Below are positions 1 to 12,569 of a DNA stretch of 47,800 nt, piece by piece. The stretch's first letter is position 1, and the number at the start of each line of letters is the position of its first letter. Below the pieces are notes generated by a model, which saw only the letters and a program-made list of their open reading frames with translations, searched no databases and was not told where the DNA came from. A program made the translations under genes and the position numbers. The stretch spans positions 1 through 47,800 of the forward strand of contig RBNJ01000042.1 in assembly GCA_003990765.1 (NCBI GenBank). The letters are read 5' to 3'. The stretch is from Jimgerdemannia flammicorona (Eukaryota).

Positions 1-259
1 TTACAATCTCACTTTTTGTCTCATTTATTAACTATCTATAACATACCACATATCCTCATACAACATCAGTAGCCCCATTCCACCCCAATCTCAACTCACT
101 CCCAGCCTTGCACCTTTAGGGTGTGAGTTGTAACCTTACTGCCCAAGTAACTAGATCCTCCTACCCAGCCTGCTCCACCCAGTGGGTATGGGTTGTGAGC
201 CCCAACCACCTCAAGTATTTGGCATCTAGTGCACCTGACCTACCCCTATTAGTGCCTCC

Positions 260-1365
260 TGTCTTGCCCATCTAGCCCATCTTGCCTGCCCATGTTGCCC
301 GTGTTGCCATCTTGCCATCTTGCTCATCTTGCCCATCTTGCCTGTCTTGCCTGTCTTGCCCATCTTGCCCGTCCATGTTGCCCATGTTGCCTGTGTTGCC
401 TGTGTTGCCCGTGTTGCCCATTTTGCCCGTCTTGCCCATGTCGCCTGTCTTGCCGTCTGCCCATCTTGCCCATATCACCTATCTTGCCATCTTGCCCGTC
501 TTGCCTATCTTGCTTGCCCGTGTTGCCCATGTTGCCCGTGTTGCCCGTATTGCCCGTGTTGCTCGCCTGTGTTGCCCGTGTTGGCCATGTTGCCCGCCCG
601 TATTGCTCGTATTGCCCATGTTGCCCATTTTGCCCATTTTGCCCATTTTGCCCATTTTGCTCATTTTGCCCATTTTGCCCATTTTGCCCATTTTGCCTGT
701 TTTGCCCATTTTGCCCATGTCACCTGTCTTGCCGTCTGCCCATCTTGCCCATGTCACCCATCTTGCCATCTTGCCATCTTGCCTGTCTTGCCCATCTTGC
801 CCGTCTTGCCCATCTTGCCTATGTCACCTGTCTTGTTGTCTTGTCCGTCTTGCCCGTCTTACCCGTCTTGCCTGTCTTGCCTGTCTTGCCTGTCTTGCCC
901 GTCTTGCCCATCTTGCCCGTCTTGCCCGTCTTGCCCATCTTGCCTGTCTTACCCATCTTGCCTGCCCGTATTGCCCATGTTGCCTGTGTTGCCCGTGTTG
1001 CCTGCCCATGTTGCCTGTGTTGCCCATGTTGCCCGCCTGTGTTGCCCGTGTTGCCCATGTTGCCCGTTTTGCCCATTTTGCCCATTTTGCCCATTTTGCC
1101 CATGTCGCCTGTCTTGCCATCTGCCCATCTTGCCCATGTCGCCTGTCTTGCCGTCTGCCCATCTTGCTCATGTTGCCCATCTTGCCCATGTCGTCCATCT
1201 TGCCATCTTGCCATCTTGCCCATCTTGCCTGTCTTGCCCATCTTGCCCGTCTTGCCTGTCTTCATGTCGCCCATCTTGTCATCTTGCTGTCTTGCCCATC
1301 TTGCCCATCTTGCCCATCTTGCCCACCCATGTTGTCCGTGTTGCCCGTGTTGCCCATGTTGCCCA
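260..1365. repeat. 9-bp minisatellite (variants TTGCCCATC / TTGCCCGTG / TTGCCCATT / TTGCCTGTC), ~1.1 kb, with higher-order cycling
   Basis: Tandem 9-mers read directly. Cassette CATGTCRCCTGTCTTGCCRTCTGCCCATCTTGC recurs at ~437, ~716, ~1101 and ~1135. Explains the low-complexity ORFs in all frames. Confidence 0.95.
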
Positions 1366-1429
1366 TGTAATAGTCCACTTCCCTAATCATCCAAAGGATA
1401 AGAGAGGGATAGAAGTGAGAGTTATTACA
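1366..1429 (+). mobile_element. 64-bp remnant of a family-A-type LTR (TGTAATA...TTATTACA)
   Basis: CCCTAATCATCCAAAGGATAAGAGAGGGATAGAAGTGAGAGTTATTACA matches the LTR 3' end at ~28580-28628 and, reverse-complemented, at 20595-20645. TG...CA inverted termini. No TSD. Confidence 0.7.
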
Positions 1430-4400
1430 GACAAGGTGCAGTGAGAAAGGGCTTAGGAGCATAAGAAACAGAAGGATCTGCTGGCTAAATTGGGGAGTAG
1501 ACCACAAGAGGATGTGAGCAAGATGATGGGTGTGGAAGGGGCCAAAGCAAGTGTCTGGGCTGGAGAGAGGAGTGGGAATACTGGGGAGGAGACAGGGAAG
1601 GTGAAGGAGGTGAAGATTATTGACCCATATGCTGATGGCACCTTAGAGGTTTGGGATGAGGTCTGGGAGGATTCCCCCACTCCTTCTCCTCTTATCAGGC
1701 AAGGCCCAGCTTCCAGAAACAAGATGGTGAAGGATGTGACAATGCTGGGGACCCATTGGGTGAAATTCAGCATTCCAGAGGTGATGAATGGGGGACATGT
1801 GGTGGCAGCCAGAGAGGAGGAACTGGTGGATATCCTGGAGGTGTGGGATGAGGCTGTAAGTGCTGGAGCCAACACTATGATGTTCGATGGAGGGAGATTG
1901 GTGACCTCTGGAGGGAAGAAGGTGGGGAACTTACTTTGGATGTGCAGGATGGTGAATAACCTGGTGGCGGAAGAGTTGGGGGAGGTGGACTTGTGAGTGA
2001 TGGGTGATGAGCACTGGGTGCAGATTTTGCAGTGGAATGGAGTGATGATGGCACTGAAGGTGGAAATTCTCACAGTGTATCTAGAGGAGGAAGAGTATGA
2101 GGTGGAGACAGAGATGGCAGTTATCGCTAGGGAGAGGGCTGAGTACTGTTGGAATAAGTGTCATAGATTGTAGCTTTGGCAGGAGGCTTATATTGAGTAC
2201 TGGGAGGAGTTTGAGGAGAAGGCAGATGGGGAGATGAATGAGCTGTTGGCTGGATTGGAGGCTCAGAGGGCTGAAGAGGAGGAGGTGATGGCAGAATATA
2301 ATCTGGACACAGCACAGGAGGAGATGAGTATAGAGCAGTAGAGATTGACTGATAACAAATCATATTTCATTATGAACAGTACAACCAACATTATTTCTTT
2401 GAACATGAATGGGTTACAGGGTGCTGTTAGATGTAGGAACATTTTTATTTGGCTTAAGGGATTAGAGGCTGATCTCTTCCTCTTACAGGATGTCAGATAT
2501 AAGGATGACTCTGATAGGATGGAATGGACAAAGGAATGGGGTGGCATGGAAATTTGGAATAGTAAGGTCGGGATTCTGGTTTGGAAAGGCAGAGGGGAGA
2601 TAAGAGATGTGAGGAGCTAGGGGGAGAGGCTGGTCTGGGGTGAATGGATTAATGCAGGCTGGGAGCCAGTTATAGTTGGCTCCTATTACTGTCTTGCTGT
2701 AAGGGGAGAGTGTGTAGATTGGGTGAAGGGTCTCCAGGAGAGTGGGATCCTGGCAGAGGCTGGAGTGGATATGCTTGGAGGAGATTTCAATATGGTTCAG
2801 GATATACAGATGGATAGAACTGATGGAGGATGGGGTGCTGAGAGCAGGAGTGGGGGGCTGATGATGTGGGAGGAAGTCGAAAGACTAGGAGCACTGGTAG
2901 ATGCTGGTAGAGAGTACTGGGGGGATAGGAGAGTATATACACATTGGGCTGGAGGCCTGGGGACAAGGATCAACTGGATTCTGATGGCCAACTGTTGGGG
3001 CTGAGATGTTTGGAAGTCACTGGAGGTAGAATGGTGTCCATGGTCGGATCATTAGGGCCTTTTGAGACAGGGGTGCTTTGGGGGAAGTGAGGATGGGCCT
3101 GGATATTGTCACCTAAATTTCTCCTTGTTAGATGATGAGTCCTGGTGGGAGGAGTGGGCTAAGGACATTCAGCTGAGGGTGGAGAACTGGTGACAGGAAG
3201 GTGCCTTGATTGGGGTTCGGTAGATGAGGATGAAAGAGATGGCCAGGATGTACTGGAGTGAGGCTGGCAAGATGGCAGGGAAGCAGCAATGGCAGAGAGT
3301 GTATTGGGCTTCTACTAGATTGGCTAGGCTTCTGGAGGAGTGGGCAAGCTTGGCGATGGTGGAGAGAGAAGAAGATTGGAGAGTAATGAGGATAAAGATG
3401 GAGATTGGGGAACTACAACAGATGCTGCGGGAAGAGGAAGAGGCAAGGGTGCAAAGCTTGGTGGCATGGCTTTGTTGGCAGGGGCTGGAGGAAGGAGAGA
3501 GGCCTTCCAAGTTTCTCACAAGGACCCTTAGGGCGAGAAGGATATAGCAATGGTGGGAAGGGGTACTTGACTCAGATGGTGTACTAGTGCATAGTGTACA
3601 GGATATTCTTGGTTCACTGAAGGAGCGATGGAGTGGATTGTGGAGTGAGGAGGAGGGTGGGGCAGATGCTACTGCAATTGACCGAATATTGGAGGATTGG
3701 CATCCACCACAAGTTGTGAGACTCAGTGACCTGGTGATGCCTGTAAAGGAGGATGAGATCTACCAGGTTCTTGCCGCGACAGCCTCAGGTATAGCACCTG
3801 GGGAGGATGGCCTACCCTGGGACTTCTGGAAGTGAATGGTTGGAGTCCCAGATGTGATGGGAGAGTTGATGGCATTATGTGACTCTATATTGCAGACAGG
3901 GAGATGGGTGGGGGAGCAGGATCTTGGGCTGGTGATGCTGCTTTATAAGAACAAATGAAGGTGAGAGGATTGGAAGAACTGGTGGTCGATAATGTTGCTA
4001 GATATGGACAGAAAGTTGGTGACTAAGGTGGTGGTCACGAGGCTACAGAAGGTAGCCCAGCAAGTTGTAGGGGTTAAGCAGAGGGGATTTGTGGGTGGTT
4101 GGCTCATTAGAGATGGTACAGCCTGGGTACATGGAGTTATTGAAGGGGCTAGAGTCTGTGGACTGGATGGGTGTCTAGTCTTCTTGGACCAGGAGAAGAC
4201 TTACAACAGAGTATGATGAGTCTGGCTGGTGAAAGTATTGAATAGAATGGGGGTTCTGATCCAATTTCAGTTGGCAATGATCAGCCTACTGGAAGGGAGT
4301 AGGGCTGCACTCATGTATAATGGGCATAGAGGGGTAGTGTTCCCTCTGGGTAGGGGGGTACCCCAGGGGGACCCACTGTCCCCCATCTTGTATGCTCTTT

Positions 4401-5350
4401 CCCTAGAACCCCTAATGGACAGAATTAGGTGGAGGATAGTGGGGCTCTCTATCTACAGCATTGGGTGGAAAGTGGGGCCCTTTGCAGATGATATAGTGGT
4501 TGGTTTGGGATCGATTGCTGATGTCGAGGAGCTCAAAGAGACAGTGGAGTGGTATGAGGAGAACTCTGGGGCAAAGCTGAATTGGTACAAGTGTGAAACA
4601 ATGGTGCTAGGTAATGGCCTGGTGGGAGGAGAAGTTATTGGAACAATTGTCCCCACTGGTGAGGCAGTACAGTACTTGGGCATCTATTTGTCAGTCTATG
4701 GGTCAGTTCTGCCCAGACTTTAGTGGGAGCAGCAAATTGGAATTTGGGAGGAGGACCTGTGGGGTTGTGGGGGAAGACACTTTTCTCTGGCAGGACAGGT
4801 CTTGATTTTAAATGTATATTGGCTGCTGAAGCTGTGGTATTTGGCTTATCATCTGGACTTCCCAGCCTGGGTGGTGAAGAGATTGGTGAAGGTGGCCAAG
4901 AGATGGATTTAGGCTGACAGACAGAGCCAGATTGATTGGGAGACCTTGTCCCTATCAGTGGTGAGAGGTGGTCTTGGGCTGGTGGACTTTCCCAAATGAC
5001 TACACTGCTTGAGGGCATGGTAGCTTAAGAGGGTGGTGGAGTTGTGAGGAGGGGGTTGGGCTCCCCTGCTGCAGAAGGTCTAGGAGCAGCAGTCATTACC
5101 GAGAGGCTCAACTGGTGATCTTCTCTCATTGGTTGGACTTCAGAACACTACACAATTGTGATATAGAGGTTTCTGGTAGGGAATAGTGGAGGGGGCACAT
5201 CACATTGATATTTACTGACAGAGGAATGAGGGAGAGGAGACTTGGGACCCAGTAATATAGAGATGGGATGGTATACTGCTGGGCAGTATACCTTTACTTG
5301 AGTTCAACATTGATGATGGAATAGAATGCCAAAGGGAACCAGGCCAGGGT
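1430..5350 (+). mobile_element. L1/Tx1-type APE non-LTR retrotransposon, copy 1, truncated at both ends, degenerate
   Basis: Colinear with the copies at 8833-14677 and 42184-46289. Carries the ORF1 3' half and ORF2 EN/RT motifs. Ends abruptly at the family-A sequence at 5351. Confidence 0.92.
2372..5350 (+). pseudogene. LINE ORF2 (APE endonuclease + reverse transcriptase), multiple premature stops
   Basis: EN motifs ISLNMNGL, LFLLQD, GGDFN, SDH. RT motifs PGEDGLP, LLDMDRKL, QRGF, LDQEKTYNRV, GVPQGDPLSP, FADD, YLGI. Confidence 0.92.
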
Positions 5351-5986
5351 ATTTATACTTATTCACCTATCTGGTGTGACCTTCTTTTGATCACACTTTT
5401 AAGCAGAATATGTGACCTGTTGCTATAAGTGGAGCACATGCTGGTCATCTGAGAAAATCCTGATTTCAAAGATATTGCCACTTGTAGTTATGGTTATACA
5501 GAGTTGACAGATCTTGGTCCTTTTTTTTTTTTGTCTTGTTGGTACATTTGTGAGGACTGGCCATCCTTGTCTAGAGTGAGGGCTCTCATTATTGCAGCTG
5601 GGGGTTCAAACCTCTTGGAAATAGTATTTCTTATAATCTGAGGCAATTCCTAATAATAATATCTGTCATATAGATGGACTTAGATTGGTTTTGACATCAT
5701 CAGCTTTTCTAAGTTCTATATGAAGTATCTGTTATCATTCAGCAGAGATGATACAGATGTCATGAAATGGAGTTGTTCAAATACATTTTGCTATACTATA
5801 CTAGATTGTTCTTTATCTGAGTATCTTCTTATTGATTAATTATAGTATTCCTTTTTCTGCAATATTCAGTATTATGTTTTGGATAAAATATATGATGTCT
5901 TCTTTTGCTGCTATATGCTCTAAGTCTTAGAGCTGTAGTTCCTTCCTTTGCTAGGAGGTAAGTATTTCCATATAGTTCTAGAGGGC

Positions 5987-8818
5987 TTAATGTGTATTCT
6001 TCAGAGCTTCTTTCTTTTCCCATATAGCATTATAGGTGGGATAAATCTTCCACTTAATAAGGAAAAACTGCTTGACTGTTTTGGGATATTTATAGATCTT
6101 GTGGTTAAGTATTTCCTCAATTTTGAATTCCTCATGATCATTGATCCTAATTGAGGGTAGTGGTGGAACTATATACTTAGAGAACAGGTTCTCATAATAG
6201 TCTACCAATTGACTAATATGAAATATAGGGTATACTCAAATATTATGGGAAAGTTGTAACTTGTAGTTGATTTTGCTGACTTTTTCAACAATCTTGTATG
6301 GTCCAATTCTTCTTACATAGAGTTTCTTGGCTGATTGTTGTACCAGAGTGTCTGAGTAGAGGTGGTCTGTTCTAAGTATGACCATGAGGAGACTTCTCTT
6401 TACTTCAAGTTTACATACTTGGTCTGATAGTCCTGTGCTTCTATGAGAGTATCTCTTGTCATTCAGGTAAGATCAGAAATAATCTCAGCCAGATCTTGGG
6501 CTACTAAGACTGCTGATTTTGCAGTAGTGCTTGGAGTCCTTGGGTATTGATAATAGTTCAGGAAGAATGGAGTCTTCTTTATAGAGATTTGCTGGCTATT
6601 ATTATAGACAAACTTGGTATGGGTAAGATACTTGTCTCAATTATTCTGCTTGTAACAGCAGAAGATGCTAAGCATCTGTTTGAGAGTCCTATTAGTTCAC
6701 TCAGTTTGACCATCAGTCTAGAGGTGGTAGGCAGTAGAGAACTTTAGCTTGGTTCTATGGAGAGAGAAGAATGTCTTCTAGAAGTTACTTGTAAACTTGG
6801 CATCTCAGTCAGATATAATGGTGCTAGGCATGTCATATAGCCTGAATACTTAGTTGAGGAAAATCTCAGCAATCTCTAGTACTGTAGCAGTGGTCTTGGT
6901 GGGTGCAAAATGGACTTGTTTGCTTAGGTGGTCTATGAATACCACAATGGTATTCCATCCTGCCTTGGTCTTGGGGAGCTGAATAATAAAGTCCATTACA
7001 ATCTGATTCCAGTTATGACTTGGGATAGACAGAGGTTGTAGGAGTCCTGCTGATAGCTTGTTACTACTCTTGAACTTTTGGCACATCTCGTATGAGGCCA
7101 CAAAGTCTTTGATATCCTTGGTCATTCTTGGCTAGTAGAACTCTCTTGAGAGGAGATTGTAGGTCTTCTCAAAACCAAAGTGTTCTGCTACAGGAGTATC
7201 ATGGAGTTCCTGCATAATTGTGAGTTGCAGAGTATTATTATTGAGTACAACTACTCTGTCATGGTCTCTGTAGATAAGTCCATCATAATAAGTAAATCTC
7301 TTGGACATTTGCCTCATGGGTTCTGAGATCTCAGTCTCTGGGTCTTGGCAGAATTGAAGGAATTTCATCAGGGGGCTGTCCTGCTGATAGCCATCCTTGA
7401 TCATTTGAGTGAGGTCTCCAATTATCTCAACCATAAAGACAAGTTCATCTTCCATATATCTGGAGAAACTGTCAGCCACACAGTTGGTTTTGTCTGAGAT
7501 ATACTTGATTTCCATATCAAAGTTGGTAATGATTTCCATCTAGCAGACTTATCTGTGGATCAGTATAGGCTATGTATGAATATACTACAAAGCATGGTAA
7601 TTAGTATAGACTACAAATGGTTGTTCTAGGAGGAAATAGTGCTATTCCTAGAGTACAGTGACAATGGTCAGGAGTTCCTTCTCATGGATAGTATACCAGA
7701 TCTCAGCTGGCTTAAGCTTTTGGGAAAGGTAGGCCACTGGGCAATCTTTTGGCTGAGTACTACCTTAATGGCAATATCAGAGACATCTGTGATCAGAGTG
7801 AATGGCCTAGTAGAGTTAGACAATTAGTACTGGGGTCTTAGTAAGAAGTCTCTTGAGATGGTCCATAGCCTGGATATATTCAGAGGTCCATTCAGTCTTA
7901 ATGTTTACTCCTTTGTAGGCCAGGCTAGTCAGTGGCTATAATAGTAGAGTATCCTTAAATAAACCTTCAGTAGTAACTGGCAATATCCAGAAAGTGCTGG
8001 AGTAGCTTCAGGGTAGTGGAGATAGGAATATCTTTGAGGGCTGATACCTTTTGGAAGTCTATATTGATACCTCCAGCAGAGATGATATCCTAGATACTCA
8101 ATCTGGTCTTGATAGAACTTACACTTACTCATCTTGATATAGAGCTGGTGTTCTCATAGAAGGGTCAGTATCTATCTGAGATAGGTGTAGTATAACTCTA
8201 CTGTTTTACTGTAGATTAGTATATCATCAATATATACAAGGACACAGATGTTGAGGAGTGGTCCAAAGATGTCATTTATTAGATACTGGAATATTACTAA
8301 TATATTGATCAAACCAAAAGGCATGACTCAGAACTGGTAGTATCCAAACCACATTCAGAAGGCTGTCTTTTCAATGTTCTTCTCATCAATGAGAATCTGG
8401 TAGTAGCCATTATATAAGTCTAGTAGGGAAAAGGTCTTGATCTTGAAGATTTGATATAATAACTTATCAATCCTAGATAGGATATATTGATTCTTGATAG
8501 TGATCATTGAGAGCTCTGTAGTTAATACACATTTGCAGAGAGCCATCCTTCTTCTTGACAAATAGAATGAGGGCTCCAAATAGAGAGTGGCTAGGTTCAA
8601 TATATTCTTAGGCCAATAGTTTGATCAACTCATCCTTGAAGGTCTTGAGCTCAAATTGGGCCAGTTGATAGATACTCTTGTATGAGAGTTCAGATCCTAG
8701 AATGAGATCAATTCCATATTAGATTTGGCACTTGGGTAGAAGTCCTTGAGGGTCCTGGAATAAATCTTGGAATTCCTCAAACAGTTCTTAAGCTTCTGGT
8801 GGGATTAGGCTACTCAAA
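5987..8818 (-). pseudogene. pol: A1 pol: RT, RNase H, integrase, chromodomain
   Basis: LDLYNGYYQI..EKTAF, YIDD (~8223-8234), TDVSDIA, VADSFSR, HDTPVAEHFG..CQKFK (HHCC), IVMDFI. Chromodomain EFKIEEILNH..FLIKWK.YP..AIWE (~6000-6135). Confidence 0.9.
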
Positions 8819-8906
8819 GCTTCAGTAACTTCTTTTTTTTTTTTTAGTCACTTGGACTTTGCTATTTATTACCAGTCTATTAATAAGTTTACAGTATTAC
8901 CTCCCT

Positions 8907-11900
8907 CTATCTGATCTCTATAGGGGAGTCTCTTCACGAATAAAGACCACTTTCTCACTCACTACTCCAACCCTTCCCCTACTTTGCCCACAGATTTTCT
9001 CCACCAAGCAACACCTTCACCTACCCTGTAACCCCCAACCAAGCCACCAGCCTGTCAAGGTGTCTTCCATAAGTCTATGTCAATGTAATAGCTGGTCCCC
9101 TGAGCCTAGTCTCCTCCTATCCTCAAAAACAAATACCCAGTAACTGGCCAGCTCCATCCAAATTGCCAAAACCCAGCCTAAGGTAAGCCACTTCTTCCCC
9201 ACCCCCTCCACCAGTCTATCTCTCAAATCCTCCCACTGACCCCATATGCCATCTCTCCTACACACTACCCCCAAATAATTCCCAACAGCCTACCAAAAGT
9301 CACTAAGTATCTTGCACTCTCCTAGCCAATGTTCAGGCATCTATACATATCTCCCTTCCTGCCCTATATTGTAGCACTCCTTATAGTCAAAGCAACCCCA
9401 CTTGATAAGGTGACCCAAGCAGAAGTTGAGCATTACATTCCTCCTCAGCATGTGCCACCAGATCACCCAGTACTTCAGTGATATCCACCTCCTCACCTCA
9501 GCACTCTAGGCCCAAACACCATACCAGTTCCACTCTTCTCTGATATCCACTCTCTGCTATCCACTAGGCCACAGATCCTGGCCTGATCCCCTTTGGCATT
9601 CTATCTCATCACTAATATCAAACTCAATTAAGGGAATGTCTCCCAGCAACACTCAGTCTCATCTTCACATTACTGGGTCCCAAGCCACCTCTCCTTCATT
9701 TTCTTGTCAATGAATTCCAATGTGGTGCACCTCTTCCACTACCCCCCACCAGAAGTCTTTATATCACAATTGTTCAGTGTTCCAAAGCTCAACCAATAAT
9801 AGGAGATCTTCTGTTAAGCCTCTTGGTGAGGACCTCATCTCTCAGACCTTCTGCAATAGGGGGACCCAACTGCCCCCTCTCAACTCCATCACTCTCTTTA
9901 ACCACCATGATCTCAAGCAGTATAGCCTCTTCAGAAAGTCAACCAGCTCAGGTCCTCCTCTTATCACCAGTAAGGATAAGATCTCCCAACTGATCTAACT
10001 CCTTCTTCTAGCCCAGATCTACCTCTTGGCCAGCTTCATTAATCTCTTCACCACTCAGGCTGAGAAGTCTAGATGATAAGCCAGATACCACAACTTTGGC
10101 AGCCAATAGACATTCAAAATTGAGACATGCCCTGCTAGAGATAAGTGGTGACCCCCCCAACTCTGCAGAGTCCCCCCCAGATTCCAACCCTCTACTTCCA
10201 CCAAAGCCTGGATAGGACCAACCCATATACTGACAAATAAATATCCAAGTACTGCACTACCTCACCAGCAGAGATGATTGTTCCAATAATATCTCCTTCC
10301 ATTAGGCCATTGCCTAATATTATTGTTTTACACTTGTACCAATTGAGTTTAGCCCCAGAGTTCTCCTCATACCACTCTACTGTCTCCTTGAGCTCTTCAA
10401 CATCAGCAATTGATCTCAGGCTGACCACCATGTCATCTGCAAAGGCCCTAACTTTCCACCCAATTTTAAAGATAGAGAGCCCCACTATCTTCTGCCTGAT
10501 TCTGTCCATCAGGGGTTCCAGAGAAAGAGCATACAGAATGGGAGACAGTGGGTCCCCCTGGGGCACACTCCTACCCAGGGAGAATGATACCCCTCAATGT
10601 CCATTGTATATGAGTGCAGCCCTACTTCCTTCCAGTAGGCTGATCATTGCTTACTGGAACTAGTGTGGTACCCCAGTCTTATCCAATACTTTTGCCAGCC
10701 AGACTTGCTGCACCTGGTCATAAGTCTTCTCCTGGTCCAAGAAGACCAGTTGCCCATTCAGTCTACAAGCTTGTACCCCTTCAATAACTCCATGTACCCA
10801 AGCTGTACCATCTCTAATGAGCCAGCCTCCTACAAAGCCCCTCTGCTCAATACCCAAGACTTGCTGGGCCACCTTCTATAGCCTCATGACCACTACCTTG
10901 GTTACCAACTTTCTGTCTATGTCTAGTAGTATAATCAGCCACCAGTTCTTCCAGTTCTCTTGCCTTCCTTTGTTCTTATAAAGTAACATCACCAGCCCCA
11001 GATCCTGCTCCCCCACCCATCTCCCTATCTGTAGTATAAAATCACACAATGCTATTATCTCACCCAGTACTCCTAGGACTTCCACTATCTTTTTCCAGAA
11101 GTCCCAGGACAGACCATCCTCCCCAGGTGCCATACCCAGCATTGTTGCAGCAAGAACCTGGTGGATCTCTTTCTCTTGTACTGACAATACCAAGTCACTC
11201 AGCCCATCTACTTGTGAAGGGTGCCAATCCTCTAATACCCAGTTGATAGCAGCAGTATCAGCCCCACCCTCCTCCTTACTCCATAATCCACTCCATCACT
11301 CCTTTAACAATCCAAGAATGTCTTATATACTATGTACCAGTATACTATCAGAATCAAGTACCCCCTTTCACCTTTGCTGTACTCTTCTCACCTAAAGGGC
11401 TCTCATGAGATACTTTGAGGGCCTCTCCTCTTCCTCTAACTCTGCCAATGAAGCCATGCCACCAAGCTCTGCACCCTTGCCTCTTTCTCTTCCCACAACA
11501 TCTGTTGTAATTCTCTAACCTCCATTTTTGCCCTCATTAATCTCCAATCCTCTCCTCTCTCTAATATCACTAGTCCTGCCCAATCCTCCAAGAGTCTAGT
11601 CAGTCCCATCTCACCTGTCACCTCCTCTGCTTCCCAGCCTCCTTGCCAGCCTCACTCCAGTAGACTCTGGCCATCTCTTTCATTCTCATCCACCAAATAC
11701 CAACTGGGATACCTTCCTGCCTCCAGCTCTCCACCCTCAGTTGAATATCTTCAGCTCACTCATCCCATCAGATTCTATCATCTAATAAAGAGGAATTGAG
11801 GTATTAATGTCCAGGCCCATCCCCACTCCCCCCAAAATGCTCCTGTCCTAACAGCCCCTAATATTTAACCATGGACACCATTCCATCTCCAGTGACTTCC

Positions 11901-12538
11901 AAACATTCAAGCCCCAGAAGCTAGCCATCAAAATTCAGTCAATCCTCATCCCCAGGCCCCCTGCCCAATATATGTATACCCTCCTATCTCCCCAACACTC
12001 TCTACCAGCATCTACCAGAGCACTTAGCCTTTCTACTTCCTTCCATACTGCCAACCCTTTACTCCTACTCTCAGCTCTCTATCCTCTATCTGTTCTATCC
12101 ATCAGTATGTCTCAGACCATATTGAAGTCTCTACCAAGTATATCCACCCCAACCTCTGCAAGGACCCCACTCTCCTGGAGATCCTTCACCTAATCCACAT
12201 ACTCACTCCATACAGCAGGGCAGTAACAGGAGCCCACTGTAACTGGCTCCCAACCTATATATATCCACTCTCCCCAGACCAATCTATCCCTCTAGCTCCT
12301 CATATCCCATAACTCCCCTGCCTTTCCAGACCAGAATCCCAACCTTGTCCTTCTAAACTGCCTCACCTCTCCATTTCTTCATCTATTCCAGCCTATCCAA
12401 ATCATCCTCACACCTGACATCCTGCAAGAGGAAGAGATCAGCCTCCAATGCCTTCAGCCAAGTAAAAATATTCCTATATTAAGAAGCACTCTGCAATCTA
12501 TTCACATTCAAAGAAAAAATATTGATTGTACTATTTAT
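8907..12538 (-). pseudogene. LINE copy 2 ORF2 (EN-RT-C-terminal Cys/His domain)
   Basis: PGEDGLSW, QRGFVGG, PQGDPLSP, FADD. Start codon decayed to ATA. Many stops. Confidence 0.9.
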
Positions 12539-12569
12539 AATGAAATATGGTATATTATCAAGTCCATCT

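Noticed and set aside
1-249. Gene or RNA feature
   Set aside because: No ORF, motif or match elsewhere in the window that I can support.
260-1365. CRISPR array or telomeric repeat
   Set aside because: No unique spacers, no cas genes, heterogeneous units and a eukaryotic TE context.
272-1444. 360-370-aa ORFs in all three plus frames and collagen-like G-X-Y ORFs on minus
   Set aside because: By-product of a stop-free 9-bp repeat. Frames shift repeatedly and there is no unique domain.
5521-5532. T run (and the A run at 41898-41914) as a LINE poly(A) insertion
   Set aside because: Present at the same position in both A copies, with no TSD or LINE tail motif, so it is intrinsic to family A.
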